Source: a virus
Lineage: Duplodnaviria > Caudoviricetes
Direction: 5' to 3' (one strand)
Virus record (IMG/VR): IMGVR_UViG_3300046786_000521
Span: 1 to 32,038 of that record
Length of the DNA stretch: 32,038 bases
Below, in pieces: positions 8,100 to 16,692 of this stretch (its first letter is position 1; every line of letters starts with the position of its first letter). The notes beneath the pieces are model-generated. The model searched no databases. It was not told the origin of the DNA and saw only the letters and a list, made by a program, of their open reading frames with translations. The translations under genes and the position numbers were made by a program.

Positions 8100-8348
8100 T
8101 TAAGGTTGTGATGTTTCTTCCAATTCCGAATGATCAACGGTTAACTTGGAAATGGCTGTTGCTACCGAACCGATAGCAATCATATATCCTCCAACTGCTA
8201 CAACTGCAGTAGGAATAATAATACCACTCGCAGGTAATGCCACAATCGAAGCACCCACTGCACCAAGACCAATGCCAATCTTTGCAATTTTTTGGAATAG
8301 TTTAGGGCTTTTTGTTGTAAGCCTCTTTTTGATAGTTAATTCAGCCAT
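8100..8348 (-). CDS. Putative holin
   Basis: Basic N-terminus, two hydrophobic segments, charged C-terminal tail. Confidence 0.55.
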   Translation of the reverse strand: MAELTIKKRLTTKSPKLFQKIAKIGIGLGAVGASIVALPASGIIIPTAVVAVGGYMIAIGSVATAISKLTVDHSELEETSQP

Positions 8349-8350
8349 AA

Positions 8351-8569
8351 TTAATGGTGTTTTTTAGGTGTAATCCATTTCATAATTAACTTGAAAAGCC
8401 ATCCACCTAATGCAGTAATGAACCCAACAAATAAAGCCATTACTAACTTTATGATGAATTCGTGTACTGTGCTTGATAAATGAATCGAAAATAAGCCATA
8501 GGAGAATCCTCCTACAAAGCCTATTGTTTGTTCCAAATGAACGGATAGCCAATCTCTGAAATGTGTCAT
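8351..8569 (-). CDS. Small membrane protein (holin-like)
   Basis: One or two hydrophobic segments, basic C-terminus. Confidence 0.5.
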   Translation of the reverse strand: MTHFRDWLSVHLEQTIGFVGGFSYGLFSIHLSSTVHEFIIKLVMALFVGFITALGGWLFKLIMKWITPKKHH

Positions 8570-8573
8570 CGTT

Positions 8574-8611
8574 AAAAAATTAAAATAGGGGAATGTTACA
8601 ACACTCCCCTA
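8574..8611 (-). terminator. Intrinsic terminator after the tail tube gene
   Basis: TAGGGGAGTGTT/AACATTCCCCTA stem then TTTTAATTTTTT. Confidence 0.7.
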
Positions 8612-8614
8612 CTA

Positions 8615-9157
8615 TTAATCACATACAAAGATGCCATCAGGCTTCAAGTAAGGAACAGGATGGTCTTCTTGGATGAAGCTAAATGCAACTTCCCAAACCA
8701 CGCGTTTCTTCTTGTCATTCTGAATGACTGCTTTAGGTTGAATTGTAACCATACCTTCGGAAATGTGAACGAAGTTTTCAGAGCAGAAAGCAATCTTATA
8801 ATCCTTGTGGGCAGTTTTACGTGCTTTGTTATAAGCAACAGCGTTTGCTTCGTAATTGAAGTCGCTAAACATACCTTTGAATTCAGATGTTTCGTACTCT
8901 TTGTCATCATTACCAAATCCTTCTCCGTATTGCTCAGTTCCTCCATCAAATTGTCCGTTAGTTTTAGGAATAACGAAGATTTGACCTGCAGAGATACCTG
9001 TTGCCCATTCGGTTGGATCGGTAGGATCAGTGAAAGCAAAAGATTTATGGATAAGAGCTACACCACGAATTCTTCCGTGTTCAATAGGAGCGCACGGCTC
9101 ACATTGGAATGCACTCAAAGCCAAACATCCTGTGCCATAAGTAGTACCGTAAGACAT
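8615..9157 (-). CDS. Major tail (tube) protein
   Basis: 180 aa, beta-rich, after the neck genes and followed by a terminator. Confidence 0.65.
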   Translation of the reverse strand: MSYGTTYGTGCLALSAFQCEPCAPIEHGRIRGVALIHKSFAFTDPTDPTEWATGISAGQIFVIPKTNGQFDGGTEQYGEGFGNDDKEYETSEFKGMFSDFNYEANAVAYNKARKTAHKDYKIAFCSENFVHISEGMVTIQPKAVIQNDKKKRVVWEVAFSFIQEDHPVPYLKPDGIFVCD

Positions 9158-9191
9158 TGTCTTTAAAGTTTAAAATTAAATTGATTGTTTA

Positions 9192-9785
9192 CTACACCTC
9201 CGTGCAGTCGCAGATGCTGAAGCAATCCTTTTCAAAAGTCGAATCAATTGTATAATTGATAGCAAAATACAAGTGATCGTTTTGCAAAATATTGCTCACA
9301 CCTTTAAATTCCTGACCGAATAACGAATTTTTATCGTAGTTCGTAGAAGTTGGCGCAACAAATAGGCTGAAGAATGGTTTAAGATTTATTTGCCCAAATA
9401 TTGCTCCCGATATTGCAGATTCTAATTCGTGTTCCGTTAAGAACCCTACTTTAGAGGACTGCGCCCACACAACCATTTGCATAGTCGTGACCTGTTTAAC
9501 GATTGAATAATCATCCCCATAATCTTCATCCTCCACAACGCTATATGTATTCCCAAGTAATTTATGGTAAACGATTAAATTGTATTTGTCATCTAATACG
9601 ATGGCTTTTGCATCCTTGCTATTTGGAACACGCACTCCGGGAAAGGTTGCAGTTCCATTTTCTTTCAAAGTACGCGTGATTGGAATGGTGATGCCACTAT
9701 ATTGTGCCATCTGAAATTCTTGTGATGGCAGTTTTGCTTGAATCTGCGCATTGATATTTGCTACGATGTTACTTAATAATGGCAT
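9192..9785 (-). CDS. Putative tail terminator / neck protein
   Basis: Immediately upstream of the tail tube gene; size. Confidence 0.5.
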   Translation of the reverse strand: MPLLSNIVANINAQIQAKLPSQEFQMAQYSGITIPITRTLKENGTATFPGVRVPNSKDAKAIVLDDKYNLIVYHKLLGNTYSVVEDEDYGDDYSIVKQVTTMQMVVWAQSSKVGFLTEHELESAISGAIFGQINLKPFFSLFVAPTSTNYDKNSLFGQEFKGVSNILQNDHLYFAINYTIDSTFEKDCFSICDCTEV

Positions 9786-10215
9786 TGATTAACGCATCTT
9801 TGGCGATTTCACTCGCTATTTGTTCTTCTTCTTTTGTAAGAGCATAAACCGTATGCCCAAACCGATTATCATTCCACACTGCTTTCTTATAGTTTTCAGC
9901 GTTGTTATATCCTAACCCATAGGAATTATTGCCAACTGCTTGAACAGTAAAATCATTCTCCATTTGTCTTGTCAAAGATAATACAACTTTTGAATCTGCT
10001 GTTCGGTTATATTTACGTTGCCTTTCTTTTAGATACGCATTGCTATATGTTCCAATCTCACTCCCATCACCTGCTAATCCATCATTGTGTATTCTTGCCT
10101 TCACAGGACCTAACAAAGCCGATGCGACTTCCAATGCAATAAACTGCTTAGTGGCATCGTTTAACTTTGCCTCTAAACTATTTATTAAAGCATCTATGTT
10201 GGTTGATACAGGCAT
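9769..10215 (-). CDS. Putative tail completion / virion morphogenesis protein
   Basis: TAATG coupling at 10215; RIH.DG..DG..IG.YS..Y and VVLSLTRQM motifs. Confidence 0.55.
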   Translation of the reverse strand: MPVSTNIDALINSLEAKLNDATKQFIALEVASALLGPVKARIHNDGLAGDGSEIGTYSNAYLKERQRKYNRTADSKVVLSLTRQMENDFTVQAVGNNSYGLGYNNAENYKKAVWNDNRFGHTVYALTKEEEQIASEIAKDALINAIIK

Positions 10216-11240
10216 TACATTCTTGATTCGCGTACTTGATATGGATAATTGCACTCAATACAGCAGTTGCGCAAACTGATTTCTATCCCATCCAACGCAT
10301 TCGATAAACGCTTTTCATATTCCACTTGGAAGATGGCACGTAATTCTTCAGCATCTGCACGTTTAACTGTTGTAAATTCATTTAATCGGTCAGAATAGGC
10401 TGTTTCAACCATTAATTCAGTACCTAATAGGTATAAGTAAGCATCCGCAAAATTCATCTTATTATCGCAAACTATACCATCATAAGAACAACCAATACTG
10501 AATACACCTGTCAATCCAAAGGTATCCCAATTTTGATCATAAATAGTTGCATCTGCTCCGTGTGATTCGATGCCATACAACATTGCGCGACAATTTGGTC
10601 CATAAAGAAATAATGAACACGATTGACATAAGCCATATGCAGCTTGTGGGATTGGCAAACTAACGCTATCCAATCCATTCGCATCGTAATAACACATTAA
10701 TGCAGTAGTACGGAATGATTGATTTACGTTAATATCTTGCCATCCTGTTGTTGTGATGGTAATGTATTTGCTCCACATTGCCTCACCTGTTTCTTTGTTC
10801 ACGATTTGAACTAAAACAGGGTCTGTAGGGATATTATCTGCATACAACGATAGGCTTTGAACGCGGATATGTTGTAGTTGTGTTTCTGCTAATTGGTTGC
10901 CATTTGGCACATATCCTAAATCTACACTAAAGCCACGATATTGTGTACTTGTTGGTGTAGTTGCTACCGCAGGATTATAACGCTTGCCCAAATTAATGGA
11001 TTGCGTAATGGTTTTTAACTTGTAACGCTTCTTTAGGTAATTGATAATGTCTTGTTGAATCTTCAAACCTGCACGTGCTTCTACTTCCTTAAATACCTCC
11101 ACAAAGGTGATTTGTTCAGAATTGGCAATCATATCAATGCTCTGCAAGGTCACCCCCGGCAATGAATTGATGTATAAACCGCTTTCGCTTTCCGCGCCCT
11201 GACATCCTTTTACCCCTATGAAACCTTCAAAGCAAGACAT
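10215..11240 (-). CDS. Putative head-tail adaptor, Cys-rich
   Basis: First gene after the capsid gene; helical termini with a beta-rich middle. Confidence 0.5.
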   Translation of the reverse strand: MSCFEGFIGVKGCQGAESESGLYINSLPGVTLQSIDMIANSEQITFVEVFKEVEARAGLKIQQDIINYLKKRYKLKTITQSINLGKRYNPAVATTPTSTQYRGFSVDLGYVPNGNQLAETQLQHIRVQSLSLYADNIPTDPVLVQIVNKETGEAMWSKYITITTTGWQDINVNQSFRTTALMCYYDANGLDSVSLPIPQAAYGLCQSCSLFLYGPNCRAMLYGIESHGADATIYDQNWDTFGLTGVFSIGCSYDGIVCDNKMNFADAYLYLLGTELMVETAYSDRLNEFTTVKRADAEELRAIFQVEYEKRLSNALDGIEISLRNCCIECNYPYQVRESRM

Positions 11241-11267
11241 AATATTTTGTTTTTATTGTGTAAAGAT

Positions 11268-11297
11268 AAAAAGGGGATTGATATAAACCAACCCCCC
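11268..11297 (-). terminator. Intrinsic terminator after the capsid gene
   Basis: GGGGGTTG-gtttatat-CAATCCCC-TTTTT. Confidence 0.7.
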
Positions 11298-11323
11298 ATT
11301 TATCATTTTATTAGTGATTCAGA

Positions 11324-12430
11324 TTAAGAAGCGTTGTTTGTAACTTCATAAGCCAATGAACCACGATTACCTGTAAGAACATCACTTGATTTGTAAGCAT
11401 CAGTTGGGATTGTGTACAATCCGAAGTTTTTGCTCAAAATCATATTATATCCTTTCTCGAAAGTTGTTTCACCTTCAGTCACAGCACAATCATTGTAACG
11501 TAATTGGTAATCGAACTTAATTGGAACCAATGTACCATCTGCATTAGGCATAGGCAATGTGATTGTACCGAAGATAGAAGCACCCGGTTTAGCACCTGCT
11601 TTGAAACCTTGATACTTCATATATTCTACGATTTGGATAGCATCCTTCTCGTAAACTACGATGTCATTACCATTACCTTCGATTGCGTTACCCATAGTGT
11701 AATCCAAGAAGAAATCCATACCTGCCGCTTGTACACGAGTATCCAAACCTGTGAATGAAGAACCTGTTGAAGCACCTGCTTGTAAGAACCAATTGTACAT
11801 CAAACCACTACCAACGATGATAGGTCGACCTGAGAAACGATTTTGCTTGAATTCGCTCATCAATTGAGTGATACCTGCAGAAAGGTAATTCTTAGTTGCA
11901 TCGTTTGTGATGTTTAATGGAGTAGCAGTAGTTACACCTGTAACGATGTTTTTACCTACGTTAGCAACTGCTAAAGCAACTAAATCTTCGTTAACACCTT
12001 GTAAGATTGCATTTGCTGCAACCATCATTGAATCCAACATTTCGAACATTAATGGATTCTCAGGAGCCATACCCGGAACCAATTGCAATTGAGAAGCATA
12101 AGCATCAAACGCCGCAACCGTTTCATCAGATAAACTGAAAGCCACTTGACGCACGTTAGCAACGCTAACTGTATCTTCAGTGTAAGGAATTGGCGCACCC
12201 ATAGCACAAGATAGGCTCGTAGATGTATCGCTAACTGTTAGACGCTTCTTCTTCTTAACTTTCACCGTCTTGAAGTGTCCATCATAAGAATCAACTTTGA
12301 TAGAACCCGGAGAGTGAGCAGTGTAAAGAGAAGCCAAGAATCCATAAGGATCTAATTTGTACGCAGGGGTAGCACTTTTAGTAACTTCCTTCATCATCTG
12401 AAGTAACCCCAAAGAAAAACCATTTGCCAT
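11324..12430 (-). CDS. Major capsid protein
   Basis: 368 aa, after the scaffold and before a terminator; high-expression-like codon usage. Confidence 0.75.
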   Translation of the reverse strand: MANGFSLGLLQMMKEVTKSATPAYKLDPYGFLASLYTAHSPGSIKVDSYDGHFKTVKVKKKKRLTVSDTSTSLSCAMGAPIPYTEDTVSVANVRQVAFSLSDETVAAFDAYASQLQLVPGMAPENPLMFEMLDSMMVAANAILQGVNEDLVALAVANVGKNIVTGVTTATPLNITNDATKNYLSAGITQLMSEFKQNRFSGRPIIVGSGLMYNWFLQAGASTGSSFTGLDTRVQAAGMDFFLDYTMGNAIEGNGNDIVVYEKDAIQIVEYMKYQGFKAGAKPGASIFGTITLPMPNADGTLVPIKFDYQLRYNDCAVTEGETTFEKGYNMILSKNFGLYTIPTDAYKSSDVLTGNRGSLAYEVTNNAS

Positions 12431-12493
12431 TTTAGTAAATGTTTGTTTTGATTGTTTGAAATAGATTAAGCAATTGCCGTTTTATTTTGTGGC

Positions 12494-13402
12494 TTATGCT
12501 TGACCTAATTGTGCGTTAATATCAGCAGTTAGTGATGCTTCAAATGCAGAAGTTTTACTAATGCCTCCATTCGGTTGGATAACACCCGGAGCAGAAGTTG
12601 CAACAGGTTGTTTACCTTGAGCAGGATTACTGCCCGACAGGTCAATTAACTTATTTTGGACGAGTGTTTCATCCACGAACTTATCAATCAGGATTTGAGA
12701 GTTTTGTTTGTCTAATGCCATTGTTCCTTCTTTAGTGAACAATTGTAACTTACCGCCTTCATTCTTTACCACTAACCCCATCTCGCTCATTTTGTTCTGC
12801 AATGCAGTCATAGCGATTTGTTGTTTCATATCGGCAGTCATAGCATCAGGTAGTGCATACTTTTTAGAAGCCAACATATTGCTCAATTGATAATTGATCA
12901 TCGATTGAGAATGGCTTTCCATTAAAGATTGCTTTTCTTGGTTAAAGGTATCTTGCAATGCTTTGTAATCATTAGTCAACTTGGTAACTTGCGCCTTTAA
13001 TGCTTCTTCAGCATCACTATTTTTTGGTGCTTTACCTTGTACTGACTTCAAAGCATCTAATTGCTCCTTCATAGCATTTTCAACCAACTTTAAACGCTTG
13101 AATGTTTCCTTTTCAGTAAGGATGCCTTCGCGCTTGTCATCGGCTAATTCTAATGTGTTCAAATAGTTTTCGATATTCTTATCTACACCATTGAATACCT
13201 CCGCGCGGATTTTATTACGCACTTCAGGATGTTGTGAAGCAGTTTTAATCGTCAATGTAGATTCCAAGATGGCATCTGCAATGCTTTGTTCTACTTCCAC
13301 GTTAGTTGATAAAATATCAATAAACGCTTGTGATGATTGGTCAATAGTTCCAACCTTGTCTGCCAATTGTTTTACCAATTCGCCAATTTTGATTTTACCC
13401 AT
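12494..13402 (-). CDS. Capsid scaffolding protein
   Basis: Coiled-coil body with a P/G-rich C-terminal linker, directly upstream of the capsid gene. Confidence 0.65.
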   Translation of the reverse strand: MGKIKIGELVKQLADKVGTIDQSSQAFIDILSTNVEVEQSIADAILESTLTIKTASQHPEVRNKIRAEVFNGVDKNIENYLNTLELADDKREGILTEKETFKRLKLVENAMKEQLDALKSVQGKAPKNSDAEEALKAQVTKLTNDYKALQDTFNQEKQSLMESHSQSMINYQLSNMLASKKYALPDAMTADMKQQIAMTALQNKMSEMGLVVKNEGGKLQLFTKEGTMALDKQNSQILIDKFVDETLVQNKLIDLSGSNPAQGKQPVATSAPGVIQPNGGISKTSAFEASLTADINAQLGQA

Positions 13403-13421
13403 AATTATTGTTTTGTGATGA

Positions 13422-13847
13422 TTAGGTCAGTTCAGAAATGCGCTTTTTAGCCGCTTTCAATATCGTTGAACGCTTGTCAGTACTTGCAATGCGTTCTACT
13501 TCTTCAATTGTGTGTGCTGAATTAATGAACCCTATCACCACTTTGGCATTCATAGGTGTTTCGATATCATTTGGCAGTTCCTTTTCCTCCTGTGCAATCT
13601 GCATTGCTTGAAGTTCTGCCAATTGTCGCTTTAATTCAAGGATCTCATTGTCCTTGCTAATTTCTTGAACACTTGGTGTGGTAAAATAGCCTGACTTATT
13701 ACGCCAAGCATTAACTTCCTCACGTGTTCCATAAAACCATCCACGCTCATTGGCTTGTAACATAAGGTGCTTATGTGTTTCTGCCGTCAATCTGCTCATT
13801 TTGTATTCCAATCCTTTAGGGGATATGGCGATAATTGAATTAGACAT
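13422..13847 (-). CDS. Hypothetical head-operon protein (141 aa)
   Basis: ATG at 13847 downstream of a promoter box; C-terminal DKRSTILKAAKKR. Confidence 0.65.
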   Translation of the reverse strand: MSNSIIAISPKGLEYKMSRLTAETHKHLMLQANERGWFYGTREEVNAWRNKSGYFTTPSVQEISKDNEILELKRQLAELQAMQIAQEEKELPNDIETPMNAKVVIGFINSAHTIEEVERIASTDKRSTILKAAKKRISELT

Positions 13848-13866
13848 ATTTGCCTCGTTGTTTTCA

Positions 13867-13914
13867 CAAAAGTAATTTAGGATTTGGATAATTGATAGGT
13901 TGTTTTTATCTTTA
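13867..13914. promoter_or_regulatory. Divergent promoter pair (capsid operon and thyX cassette)
   Basis: Minus TACTTTTG 13874-13867; plus TTTG 13883-13886, 20 nt, TATCTTTA 13907-13914. Confidence 0.55.
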
Positions 13915-13941
13915 CGGAACCAAATACACCAAAGCAACCAA

Positions 13942-14559
13942 ATGAATAAAGTTGAATTAATTGGGCATTATGGCAATGACCAAATCCACGCACAATCTGC
14001 TTGGACTTCCACAAGCAGAGATTTAACAATAAAAAAAGTTGAACGCATACCTGCTTTGTTGACTATGTTAGCAAAGGAAGGACACCACACGCCATTTGAG
14101 AAAAGCAGTTTGCATTTTTTAGTGACTATTGATCAAGCAACGCACATCCATTTATTGAAACATCGCATCGGGGTGAGCATCAATGGTGAATCTGCGCGAT
14201 ATAAAGAACTTAAGGAAGATAAATATTATATGCCTGAAGATTGGAATGAAAAATGGACGAATGCGCTGTTTACTTATACTAATTTAGGCAACACATTATA
14301 TCACGAATGCTTGGCTGATTTAACCCCTATTTTAGGTCGCAAAAGAGCAAAGGAATCCGCGCGATTCTTTAAGACAATGAATTCGCAGATTACTATGGAT
14401 ATAATGTTCAATTGGCGCAGTTTTGTTCACTTCCTGCACCTTCGTGATTCGGAACACGCGCAGGTTGAAGTACGCAATGTGGCTCGGCAAATGTTGGAGC
14501 AAGTAAAATCAATCAATGGAAATCCATTTGAATATACAATTAAAGCATTTAACCTATGA
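13942..14559 (+). CDS. thyX: Flavin-dependent thymidylate synthase
   Basis: GHHTPFE, KHRIGVSINGESARY (ThyX motif variant), KESAR, NWRSFVHFLHLR..HAQ.EVR. Confidence 0.92.
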   Translation: MNKVELIGHYGNDQIHAQSAWTSTSRDLTIKKVERIPALLTMLAKEGHHTPFEKSSLHFLVTIDQATHIHLLKHRIGVSINGESARYKELKEDKYYMPEDWNEKWTNALFTYTNLGNTLYHECLADLTPILGRKRAKESARFFKTMNSQITMDIMFNWRSFVHFLHLRDSEHAQVEVRNVARQMLEQVKSINGNPFEYTIKAFNL

Positions 14560-14744
14560 ATTCACACCTACTTGAATCCGTTATTAGCGATTTAGAAAGC
14601 AGAGAGCAACGCGGAATAGCAAAATATAATACCACGATGGACCGAAGCGATTTAACGCATAAAGAGTGGTTACAACACGCATACGAGGAAGCATTGGATA
14701 TGGCATTGTACTTAAAAAAAGCAATAACTGAATCGGAACAATAA
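14556..14744 (+). CDS. Small all-alpha protein, MazG/NTP-pyrophosphatase-like
   Basis: R..RG..KY and EEALD (EExxD); ATGA-coupled to thyX. Confidence 0.55.
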   Translation: MNSHLLESVISDLESREQRGIAKYNTTMDRSDLTHKEWLQHAYEEALDMALYLKKAITESEQ

Positions 14745-14778
14745 CCTAATTTTCGCATAACTTAATAACCTAATTTTC
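14740..14778 (+). repeat. 15-bp direct repeat AATAACCTAATTTTC, two copies
   Basis: 14740-14754 and 14764-14778, with a partial ATAACTTAAT between. Confidence 0.8.
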
Positions 14779-14801
14779 AAACAATAAAAACAACAAAAAC
14801 A

Positions 14802-15062
14802 ATGATTGAATTAAATCAAAAACCTGAACCTGTATTTGCAGATGGCATCTTATTCAAGCGCAGTCCAAATGCTCCTGATTTTGTAATCGGTCAAATGTCC
14901 TTTAAAGTGGAGGAAGCCATTAATTTTTTGAAAGCCAATTCAAAGAATGGATGGGTGAATGTGGATATTAAGCGTGGTCGCTCGGGTAAGGAATATGTGC
15001 AACTAAGCACTTACGAACCAAAGCCAAAACCAACTTCTACACACGATGATTCACCATTCTAA
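14802..15062 (+). CDS. Putative single-stranded DNA-binding protein
   Basis: Beta-rich core, Pro-rich linker, SSB-like C-terminal DDSPF. Confidence 0.5.
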   Translation: MIELNQKPEPVFADGILFKRSPNAPDFVIGQMSFKVEEAINFLKANSKNGWVNVDIKRGRSGKEYVQLSTYEPKPKPTSTHDDSPF

Positions 15063-15330
15063 TCCACAACAATGTCAGTTCTGCCATTCCGCAATGAGTG
15101 GCAGAAAGGACAAAAAATATTGTTCAAATAAATGCAGAAATATGGCTAACAATGGCAAATCTGATATTAACGATAGTCCAATAAAAATAAGCATTACCCT
15201 AAAGAATGTTCCACAGGACATTTACTGCTTATTGCTTGATAAACAAACTGAAATTAAGAAGAAAATTGGTGGTAACTTTGGACTTGAAGCAACCATCTAT
15301 AAATTATTGCGCGAAGCAGTTAAAAACTAA
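15046..15330 (+). CDS. Zinc-finger plus ribbon-helix-helix-like regulator
   Basis: CQFC..GRKDKKYCSNKC; ISITLKNVPQDIY...IYKLLREAV. Confidence 0.6.
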   Translation: MIHHSNPQQCQFCHSAMSGRKDKKYCSNKCRNMANNGKSDINDSPIKISITLKNVPQDIYCLLLDKQTEIKKKIGGNFGLEATIYKLLREAVKN

Positions 15331-15333
15331 CTT

Positions 15334-15426
15334 ATGAAGGAACTTCTATTATATCAATTCAGCAATATTTGTATTTGGGCATATACTAAAGAACAAGCCT
15401 TGCAAATATTAAATTTAATCAAATGA
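15334..15426 (+). CDS. Micro-ORF, 30 aa (MKELLLYQFSNICIWAYTKEQALQILNLIK)
   Basis: Fills the gap exactly; ATGA-coupled to the next gene; not in the ORF track. Confidence 0.55.
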   Translation: MKELLLYQFSNICIWAYTKEQALQILNLIK

Positions 15427-15800
15427 GCAAACTATTAACTTTTATTAAATCCTTTGGCTCTGCATTGGCATCCTCTATGGAAGATGCAGATTCATTAGCA
15501 GTAACGCGTATTTCTACTCCACAGGTTGAGAAAGTAGACAATTATTTGGGTAGTATGACAATTAAAAAAGGACATACCTTATTCAAAATTGAAACAAGCG
15601 ATGAACCTGCTGATGGATTTATATATCATTCCCCGACTTGCACCTTTATTAAGGTAGAAAAACATAAGCGAGAATTGAATGACATTGGCAATATCATTGC
15701 TGAATTAAAGCAAGGTCATTTGTATGTATCAGCCTTGAATGAGAAGAATGCGTTGAAATGGTATGCGAAGAACTTTTCTTCGTTAGCTTGGAAATCTTGA
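15423..15800 (+). CDS. Hypothetical protein
   Basis: 125-aa ORF ending the inverted cassette; 18-nt convergent overlap with the MuF-like gene. Confidence 0.65.
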   Translation: MSKLLTFIKSFGSALASSMEDADSLAVTRISTPQVEKVDNYLGSMTIKKGHTLFKIETSDEPADGFIYHSPTCTFIKVEKHKRELNDIGNIIAELKQGHLYVSALNEKNALKWYAKNFSSLAWKS

Positions 15801-16691
15801 GCGAATATCTAACGGAACAAATCTTGCATCAGTTGGTGTCAATTGATGCCCACAATTATATCCTCCACGATATACAAAGAAATTAGTGGCTGTTGTTCCG
15901 TCCACCATCCCTTTCGGCAATCCTGTTTTAGGATTCATATTGCCTGTCTTTTCAAATGGCTCAAAATCGCCTCTAACAATGGCAGGAAGTTCGCTTTTAT
16001 GAACATATCTCTTGGAAACTAATGCCTCACAAAATGCTCGTGATGTGCGCAATAAACTGCCTGTATAAACAAACCATTTATAGTTCAAACTATCAGCAAT
16101 AGTATAGGTATATTGTGCGCTAAACTGATTTAAACTGTCATTTGTGATTTGCGTGGTGTAGCGTTGCAATGCGCCTAACCCCTTTTCATTATTCAAGATA
16201 TAATCCTGCACCATCTTGTTCAAATCGCGCCAACTTCCCCCTGCTGTGATATTAGTACGTAGCATCTCAGTAATTGGCTCAATCACATTTGCATTGATTC
16301 CTGCTTCCGTTAAACTATTGGCTGTTGCTTCGATAGATTGGTTGCGTATCTCGGTTAAAATGGCTTCAGGTTTAAAGGACTTATTCATTGATTTAAAGTA
16401 CTGATTCTGCAAAGATGCTACCTCAGTAAACTTATTCAAGAACTCGGATACATTCGCCTCTAATTGCTTATTAAGGACTATATTGGATATCTCCTGCTTG
16501 ATTTGTCCCATCAATCGCAGATTCTTTACATTATTGACAATGTTTCCTTGATCATCAATATCTAAATCTTTGATCAATACGGACATCCGCATTGCTATGT
16601 TTTCTTGAATGCCGGGAATGGAAGCATTGAACTTGTCAACGCTCCCATCAATCAATTCGTGCAGTTGTTTAATATATTCCTCTTGGCTCAT
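15783..16691 (-). CDS. Minor head morphogenesis protein (MuF/SPP1 gp7-like)
   Basis: After the portal; Y.G....SRAFC and RGGYNCGH motifs. Confidence 0.75.
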   Translation of the reverse strand: MSQEEYIKQLHELIDGSVDKFNASIPGIQENIAMRMSVLIKDLDIDDQGNIVNNVKNLRLMGQIKQEISNIVLNKQLEANVSEFLNKFTEVASLQNQYFKSMNKSFKPEAILTEIRNQSIEATANSLTEAGINANVIEPITEMLRTNITAGGSWRDLNKMVQDYILNNEKGLGALQRYTTQITNDSLNQFSAQYTYTIADSLNYKWFVYTGSLLRTSRAFCEALVSKRYVHKSELPAIVRGDFEPFEKTGNMNPKTGLPKGMVDGTTATNFFVYRGGYNCGHQLTPTDARFVPLDIRSRFPS

Positions 16692-16692
16692 A

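Noticed and set aside
8644-9166. 131-aa alternative-frame and 168-aa antisense ORFs over the tail tube gene
   Set aside because: No motifs; best explained as shadows of biased codon usage
13848-13941. Long N-terminal extensions given by the ORF track (also for the ORFs starting at 1313, 3757, 4198, 6031, 6275, 10254 and 26980)
   Set aside because: They overlap promoters or neighbouring genes; downstream ATGs fit the leaders and coupling better
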